From NCBI GenBank assembly GCA_035489575.1, contig DATHJY010000011.1, positions 84,514 to 148,513 of the forward strand: DNA of 64,000 nucleotides. Direction: 5' to 3'. Below the pieces are notes generated by a model that saw only the letters and a program-made list of their open reading frames with translations, made no database searches and was not told the DNA's origin. The position numbers and the translations under genes were made by a program. This document shows positions 59,458-64,000 of this stretch, piece by piece (the first letter of the stretch is position 1; the number at the start of each line of letters is the position of its first letter). Source of the DNA: Verrucomicrobiia bacterium (lineage in GTDB: Bacteria > Patescibacteriota > Saccharimonadia > Saccharimonadales > JAGQNK01).

Positions 59458-59524
59458 AGTCCATCTCGTAATTCACCTCCGTCCTGCGGCCTCGGAATCG
59501 AAGGGAATTACGAGATGGACTCTA
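59455..59524. repeat. Perfect 20-bp inverted repeat starting at the holB stop codon
   Basis: tagagtccatctcgtaattc (59455-59474) and gaattacgagatggactcta (59505-59524) with a 30-nt loop. Confidence 0.75.
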
Positions 59525-59543
59525 GGAGTGTATAATAGTCGTC

Positions 59544-60197
59544 ATGTACGAACTTGCTCTGGTCATTGGCTTTGGTGCCTTGGCCTACCGCAGCGCCAAG
59601 ATGCGCGACGATGACCTAGAGGCTATTCCACGCAGGATAAGTGACAAGATGGGCCGCCTGTGGGATATAGCCCACCAGGGTATGCGCGAGAACCGATTCT
59701 TGCGTGCCGAAAAAGCTTTGCTGACTATTCTAAAAATTGACCAGAAAAATGCCGCTGCTTACAACCGTCTGGGTATTTTGTACGCCAAGCAAAAAGAATA
59801 CAAAGACGCTATTGACTGTTTCGAGATCGCTAGCAGCATAGAACCAACAGCCTCCAGTTTGCATAACTTGGGGCTGATTTATTACGAAACCGAAAACTAC
59901 CAAAAAGCCGCCACGGCTTTTGAGCAAGCGCTCAAACTAGAAGAAGAATTGGCCGCCCGCCACATTGCCTATGCCAAGGTCCAAGAAAAACTGGGCAATG
60001 AAAAACTCATGCTAGACGGACTCAAGCGCGCCATAGAGTTAGAGCCAAATCCCGAAAGCTTTAGCCTTCTTATAAAAGCCTATGAAAATGCTGGCATGCA
60101 GGCCGAAGCCGACGTGCTGAATGACAAGCTGGAGAAACTCATTGTGCCCTCTGGCAAGTCCAAGCGAGTGATACGCCCCAAGCGCGTCGTTATCTAA
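59544..60197 (+). CDS. TPR-repeat protein
   Basis: 217 aa. N-terminal TM helix plus 3-4 TPR-like repeats (AAYNRLGILYAKQKEYKDAIDCFEIA...). TATAAT lies 7 nt before the ATG and there is no SD. Confidence 0.7.
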   Translation: MYELALVIGFGALAYRSAKMRDDDLEAIPRRISDKMGRLWDIAHQGMRENRFLRAEKALLTILKIDQKNAAAYNRLGILYAKQKEYKDAIDCFEIASSIEPTASSLHNLGLIYYETENYQKAATAFEQALKLEEELAARHIAYAKVQEKLGNEKLMLDGLKRAIELEPNPESFSLLIKAYENAGMQAEADVLNDKLEKLIVPSGKSKRVIRPKRVVI

Positions 60198-60263
60198 TTC
60201 TCTTCCTTGAAAACTCATGTCTATCTGCCTGTTAGACAGACACGAAAGCTCAAAAAAATGTAG

Positions 60264-60312
60264 TCATCATGGTGGGCGCGGCCCTGGGTGTAGGGCCGGC
60301 CCACCATGATGA
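60264..60312 (-). repeat. Conserved palindrome H2 (TCATCATGGTGGGC / GCCCACCATGATGA)
   Basis: 14-bp outer stem plus a GGCCCT/AGGGCC inner stem. It starts 5 nt after the stop of 60318-61151. On the minus strand it is followed by ctacaTTTTTTT. Confidence 0.8.
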
Positions 60313-60317
60313 GGTAG

Positions 60318-61151
60318 TCAAGACTCGAGGGTGTAGCAGACATCGCTCCAGCGGGGATTCGAGGTGGCGCGTCCATAAGGCTCCATGCCCAAGTGAGCAG
60401 CAGCCACCAGACGCGTCTTGTCCAGCTGAATCAGCGTGGGCCTACCGCCAGACGTGATGATGTCGGTGATGATGGCCCAAGTGGGATGTTCGTCACGAAT
60501 GTGACGCACGATCGGCATGCCACTGCGCGCGGTGGCCACTGTCAGTGCTGCATGATGCAGCGGGCTGTGTGCCGGTAGGGCTCCATCCACAGGGAACAGT
60601 CGCCCTAGAGCAGTGAGAACACCACACAGGACAGCGTTGGCCTGCGACAGGTAGCTGTCCGCCACAAGCACTTCTAGCACATCTGACTCGAAGTAGTCAC
60701 AACCAATCCGGTCGATCCCATCCACAGCCAGACAAACCTGGCTGAGCTTCTGAGTACCGACGTACGTCAAGGGCAGCGGACAGCGGACATGGAACAAGCT
60801 CCACGCGGGGTAGTGCCGACGCACCTCAATACCAGGACGCCAGGTCTGCCAGCTGACATCGATGGAAACCACCGGCTGCTCCGGAACAACGAAGAAGGAC
60901 TCGAGCTGCTTGAGCAGCGGGTGCAGAACTTCGTGCGGGTTGATCGCCAGCGCTTCCAGCTCGACCGCCAACACGTGGCGACGCTGCATGACATCGGGCG
61001 TACAAGACGCGACAAATGGCGTGTTCGCCACAAGCACGTCCAGGTTGGACCGGTCCAGTTCGCCAATGGGATAGCGACTTTGTATATTCCAGCCCGTAGG
61101 CATGGCGAAGTAGGTGAATGGCTGGACCAAAAGGTCCGAGACGGGGGACAC
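60318..61151 (-). CDS. High-GC hypothetical protein, family member 2
   Basis: Start is GGAGGcgcccacGTG. Codon third positions are mostly G/C. C-terminus: RLVAAAHLGMEPYGRATSNPRWSDVCYTLES. Confidence 0.6.
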   Translation of the reverse strand: MSPVSDLLVQPFTYFAMPTGWNIQSRYPIGELDRSNLDVLVANTPFVASCTPDVMQRRHVLAVELEALAINPHEVLHPLLKQLESFFVVPEQPVVSIDVSWQTWRPGIEVRRHYPAWSLFHVRCPLPLTYVGTQKLSQVCLAVDGIDRIGCDYFESDVLEVLVADSYLSQANAVLCGVLTALGRLFPVDGALPAHSPLHHAALTVATARSGMPIVRHIRDEHPTWAIITDIITSGGRPTLIQLDKTRLVAAAHLGMEPYGRATSNPRWSDVCYTLES

Positions 61152-61297
61152 GTGGGCGCCTCCAAGACGAGGGTGCTAGAGGGGTCTTCCAGCTTTTTCA
61201 AGCTTGACTATAAAAGAGCTCTAACACGCGAGGTGAAGAGATAATATTATTATACAATTTTTTGGTAAATACCACAATATCATTCAAATGTTATCGG

Positions 61298-61348
61298 TCA
61301 TCATAGTGGGGCAGAGCCCGTTGCGTTGGGCTCCGCCCACTATGATGA
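61298..61348 (-). repeat. Conserved palindrome H3 (TCATCATAGTGGG / CCCACTATGATGA)
   Basis: 13-bp outer stem carrying a compensatory G->A / C->T change relative to H1 and H2. Inner stem GAGCCC/GGGCTC. It starts 8 nt after the stop of 61357-62301. Confidence 0.8.
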
Positions 61349-61356
61349 CCGGATCG

Positions 61357-62301
61357 TCAGGCTGCAACCATGTAGAAATTGACGCTCCAGTCCAAAACCT
61401 CATCCGGCCCAAGGGGCACAAGGCCCAGGTCAGCGGCCTGGCGCGTCCTCAACCCGAGATTGTCGCCTCGGCTGTTCAGCGTCACCAGCTGATTGGCCTC
61501 ATCGATCTCGGCGACCAGCAGTCGAGTCCCGGCATTCCCCAATGTGGAGATGACCTCACCCGTAGAGGTGAGACTGGACCGCAGCTCGACCCACATGCCG
61601 ATCTTGAGCTGACTGAACGTCAACGCGTCCACACTGAGCGGACTACGACCGGGAGGGGCAAGGGACAGGTGACTGACAATTCGGCGGACCACCGTGTGCA
61701 CGTCTGGCAGCGGCTGGTCTTGCTTGTACTCCTCGAGCACGAGATGCAGGATGTGCGGTTCCAGGCCCTCGTCTCGCGAGACGCTGATCACGCCCATGGT
61801 GTCACCAGCGACTTCATCCAGCCACACCTGTTTGAGCTCATCCAGGGAGTAGGGGAAGCGCAGGATGCACTCATTGGGGGCCTGCCACAGTCGGACACCC
61901 ACACCCGGCGCAACCGGCTGCCACTCGTAGTCGGGGTATCCCCTCATCTGTTCGGGGGGGTCCCAATCCTTGCGAGTGACATGGCGGGCAAAAGCCTGCA
62001 GACTGGTCAGCTCGTGATCATGTGGCTGCTCACGACGCGGACATGTCTTGACCCGCAATGCGTACAGGGAGTGCTCCGCCGTAGTCTGCTCGAACTCCTG
62101 GCGCTTGTCACCCTCGGGGTTGTCACCCACCTGGGCACGTTCCCAACTTTCGATCCCATCCGTCTCCTTGACGATGAAGTTGAGGTCCGCGTCAGTCAGG
62201 TCACCGATGCGCAGATCGCTCATGATGACGTAGCAGCCTACTTGCGGCTGCGGCCGACCGTAAGTGAACGGCGCCAGATCAAACGGCTTCGTGATAATCA
62301 C
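61357..62301 (-). CDS. High-GC hypothetical protein, family member 3
   Basis: Minus-strand ORF 61357..62412, trimmed to GGAGGtaactgcaGTG. C-terminus: RQAADLGLVPLGPDEVLDWSVNFYMVAA. The plus-strand 375-aa ORF is judged a shadow ORF. Confidence 0.6.
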   Translation of the reverse strand: MIITKPFDLAPFTYGRPQPQVGCYVIMSDLRIGDLTDADLNFIVKETDGIESWERAQVGDNPEGDKRQEFEQTTAEHSLYALRVKTCPRREQPHDHELTSLQAFARHVTRKDWDPPEQMRGYPDYEWQPVAPGVGVRLWQAPNECILRFPYSLDELKQVWLDEVAGDTMGVISVSRDEGLEPHILHLVLEEYKQDQPLPDVHTVVRRIVSHLSLAPPGRSPLSVDALTFSQLKIGMWVELRSSLTSTGEVISTLGNAGTRLLVAEIDEANQLVTLNSRGDNLGLRTRQAADLGLVPLGPDEVLDWSVNFYMVAA

Positions 62302-62483
62302 TGCAGTTACCTCCAGTGGATTTTCTACGTGTATAGCACTGACACTAAACGTAACTCTGCCCAAATAGGCAGAGATGCCTATGCTTATATAATACCGGCC
62401 AAAAAAACACAATGAGTTTTACCCAACAGATTGCCATTTAACCCCTGTTTTGGTAAAATTCAGCGGTTAGCAAGGAACAGTAC

Positions 62484-62559
62484 GCCACCTTAGCTCAGTG
62501 GCTAGAGCAACACTTTTGTAAAGTGAAGGTCGTCGGTTCGAATCCGACAGGTGGCTCCA
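62484..62559 (+). tRNA. tRNA-Thr (anticodon TGT), CCA encoded
   Basis: Manual cloverleaf: acceptor GCCACCT/AGGTGGC, D-arm GCTC..GAGC, anticodon loop TTTGTAA, T-arm GTCGG TTCGAAT CCGAC. Confidence 0.88.
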
Positions 62560-62679
62560 CGGGAAACTTTTGGCAGCTTGCTGACAGAAAGTTTCCGAGG
62601 AAGCCACGTGAACGCAGTACAGGTGGTTCCAAGTTTCATCGCACATTAAAACAGCACTATACTCTGCTATAATCGATGT

Positions 62680-63057
62680 ATGCATACGAAGCAGAAGGGC
62701 GATCTAGCAGTGGCGAATGCCATTCAATACTACATGACCAACGGATACGAGGTTTGTCTGCCAATAGGAGATAAGCGACCCTACGACCTAGTAATCGAAG
62801 TTGAAGGAGTATTGAAAAGGGTTCAGGTGAAATATGCAGGTTTTTATAACGGAATCCAACAGCACAAAGTGGCGTTGCGAATAACGGGAGGTAATCAATC
62901 ATTTTCTACCACCAAGAAATACCTGGACAATGACTTTGACGAGTTATTCGTATACACCGCAAGCGGCAGAAAGTTCGTATTGGCTTGGGATAAGATAACC
63001 GCAAGGAATGAGCTAAATATTGAACATCCAAAGTATAGTGGTTATGAAATAGTGTGA
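62680..63057 (+). CDS. PD-(D/E)XK endonuclease (group-I-intron-associated PDDEXK_5-like family)
   Basis: 125 aa. MHTKQKGDLAVANAIQYYMTNGYEVCLPIGDKRPYDLVIEVEGVLKRVQVKY matches the family N-terminal pattern. Extended -10 (TGcTATAAT) lies 6 nt before the ATG. Confidence 0.65.
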   Translation: MHTKQKGDLAVANAIQYYMTNGYEVCLPIGDKRPYDLVIEVEGVLKRVQVKYAGFYNGIQQHKVALRITGGNQSFSTTKKYLDNDFDELFVYTASGRKFVLAWDKITARNELNIEHPKYSGYEIV

Positions 63058-63061
63058 TTAT

Positions 63062-63147
63062 GCAGGGTTAGTGAAGCGGTCAAACACGATAGACTGTAAA
63101 TCTATTGGCTTATGCCTTCGTAGGTTCGAATCCTACACCCTGCACCA
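63062..63147 (+). tRNA. tRNA-Tyr (anticodon GTA), CCA encoded
   Basis: Manual cloverleaf: acceptor GCAGGGT/ACCCTGC, anticodon stem ATAGA/TCTAT with loop CTGTAAA, long variable arm, T-arm GTAGG TTCGAAT CCTAC. Confidence 0.88.
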
Positions 63148-63214
63148 ATAAAAAGACCTCGATTTATCGGGGTTTTCTTATTGGTGCTTGGTCCGGGCTG
63201 AGAATACTTTTTGC

Positions 63215-63450
63215 CTATTCCTGGTCAGGGCTCTCTATCCAAGACGCTAAAACAACATCGGCTTCAAACCCGGCTTGTGTTAAATAGCTGTACGGGGTGT
63301 CAAAGGCATCTTCGAATGAGAGATCTGCGAGCTCGCCTAGAGTCTCTTCGTCAAAGCCAGCATCTTCCCCATAGAAGCGCCTAACATGTCAGCAACCCCT
63401 TGGCTTGGTGTTTTTGGCTCAGGCTCCGGCCCGGGTAATAGCTCGCTCAT
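63215..63450 (-). pseudogene. Small acidic ORF split by a frameshift
   Basis: Minus strand: MSELLPGPEPEPKTPSQGVAD... (frame 1, stops after 37 codons) continues in another frame as ...RRFYGEDAGFDEETLGELADLSFEDAFDTPYSYLTQAGFEADVVLASWIESPDQE. Confidence 0.3.
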
Positions 63451-63505
63451 CCTCTGCAGTATAGGTTTTTATTTCTAGTTCGAGTAAGGTAATATAGGCT
63501 ACACT

Positions 63506-63990
63506 ATGTCAATACTTGTTGCTCGACACGGTCTTTCAGAAGCCAACAATCGTGATAATTACGGCACGCCAGCATTTGGCAACCCAGAAGCCCCACTGAT
63601 GCCGCAAGGCAGAGAGCAAGCTACCGAGCTAGGCGAAAAACTGACAAGTGAATATGGTTTTGATCTCGCCAGCGAACCTGTCGCGGTATCTATGATGCGA
63701 CGTACGCAAGATACCGCAATAACTGCGGGTTCCGTAGACTCCACTTGTATCCAGAGCTTAATGAAGAAAAGGGTGGGCTCAGTAATTCAGAAATTCGCGC
63801 TGCGCTAGACAAAAGACGCCCTCCCGAAGTGGCGCGTAAAGCTGCACGTTTTCTCATCGAGCATCCACCTCAAGAAAAAGTCTGGATAACCCACGCCCTA
63901 TTAATAGCAACCATTTGCCAAGAACTTGGCATCTACGAAGAGGCTCGTTTTACGCCTAAATTTTGCGAGATCAGAGAACTTCGCCTATAG
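63506..63990 (+). pseudogene. Histidine phosphatase (phosphoglycerate-mutase-like) family gene with a frameshift near 63726-63745
   Basis: ORF 63506..63808 starts MSILVARHGLSEAN (RHG motif). ORF 63745..63990 continues the family in another frame (...LYPELNEEKGGLSNSE...). Confidence 0.6.
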
Positions 63991-64000
63991 TTTTGCCAGA

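Noticed and set aside
61288-62415. 375-aa plus-strand ORF, the longest ORF in this region
   Set aside because: Its composition is R/S/H/Q/T-rich and looks like antisense translation. The minus-strand frame has a GGAGG-GTG start, G/C-rich third positions, and a C-terminus homologous to two other ORFs in the window.
62439-62455. taACCCCTGTTTTGg as a collapsed footprint of the 7448-type palindrome
   Set aside because: Only 8-9 nt are shared, which is too short to separate from chance without a genome-wide count.
63105-63287. 60-aa ORF
   Set aside because: It starts inside tRNA-Tyr.

Overview
This 64-kb segment reads as bacterial chromosome of roughly 50% GC (judged by eye). It is dominated by an rpoB-rpoC / str / S10 / spc / alpha ribosomal-protein supercluster (23.3-55.4 kb), flanked by housekeeping genes: a class A PBP, tyrS, recG, rsmD, hisS, tig, clpP, trpS, holB and three tRNAs. 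Several features fit a reduced Candidate-Phyla-Radiation (Saccharibacteria-like) genome, which is an inference, not a database result: no bL30 between uS5 and uL15, no adk/map after secY, a cysteine-free bL36, many TAATG-coupled gene junctions, and many orphan proteins.

The most interesting signals, in order:
1. A four-copy ~75-nt element sits exactly at translationally coupled r-protein gene junctions (rpsL/rpsG, rpsC/rplP, rpmC/rpsQ, rpsE/rplO). Each copy duplicates the SD/stop-start junction, carries two hairpins supported by compensatory changes, and forms an uninterrupted 35-49 codon mini-ORF coupled at both ends.
2. Three high-GC ORFs look foreign (actinobacterial-like codon usage). They share a C-terminal motif, and each is followed 5-8 nt after its stop by a conserved palindrome (TCATCATGGTGG...CCACCATGATGA) that shows a compensatory variant.
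3. Non-ribosomal ORFs are inserted at nearly every junction between rpsG and rplC, and an ABC exporter lies between rplO and secY.
4. Smaller items: a degenerate islet at tRNA-Leu bounded by a copy of the tRNA 3' end, a 166-nt rod-like nested inverted repeat, a His-codon leader with terminator/antiterminator upstream of hisS, a DUF397 gene, a self-contained 26-codon micro-gene, and a PD-(D/E)XK endonuclease between two tRNAs.

All coordinates and alignments were worked out by hand from the sequence. No searches or statistics were run.
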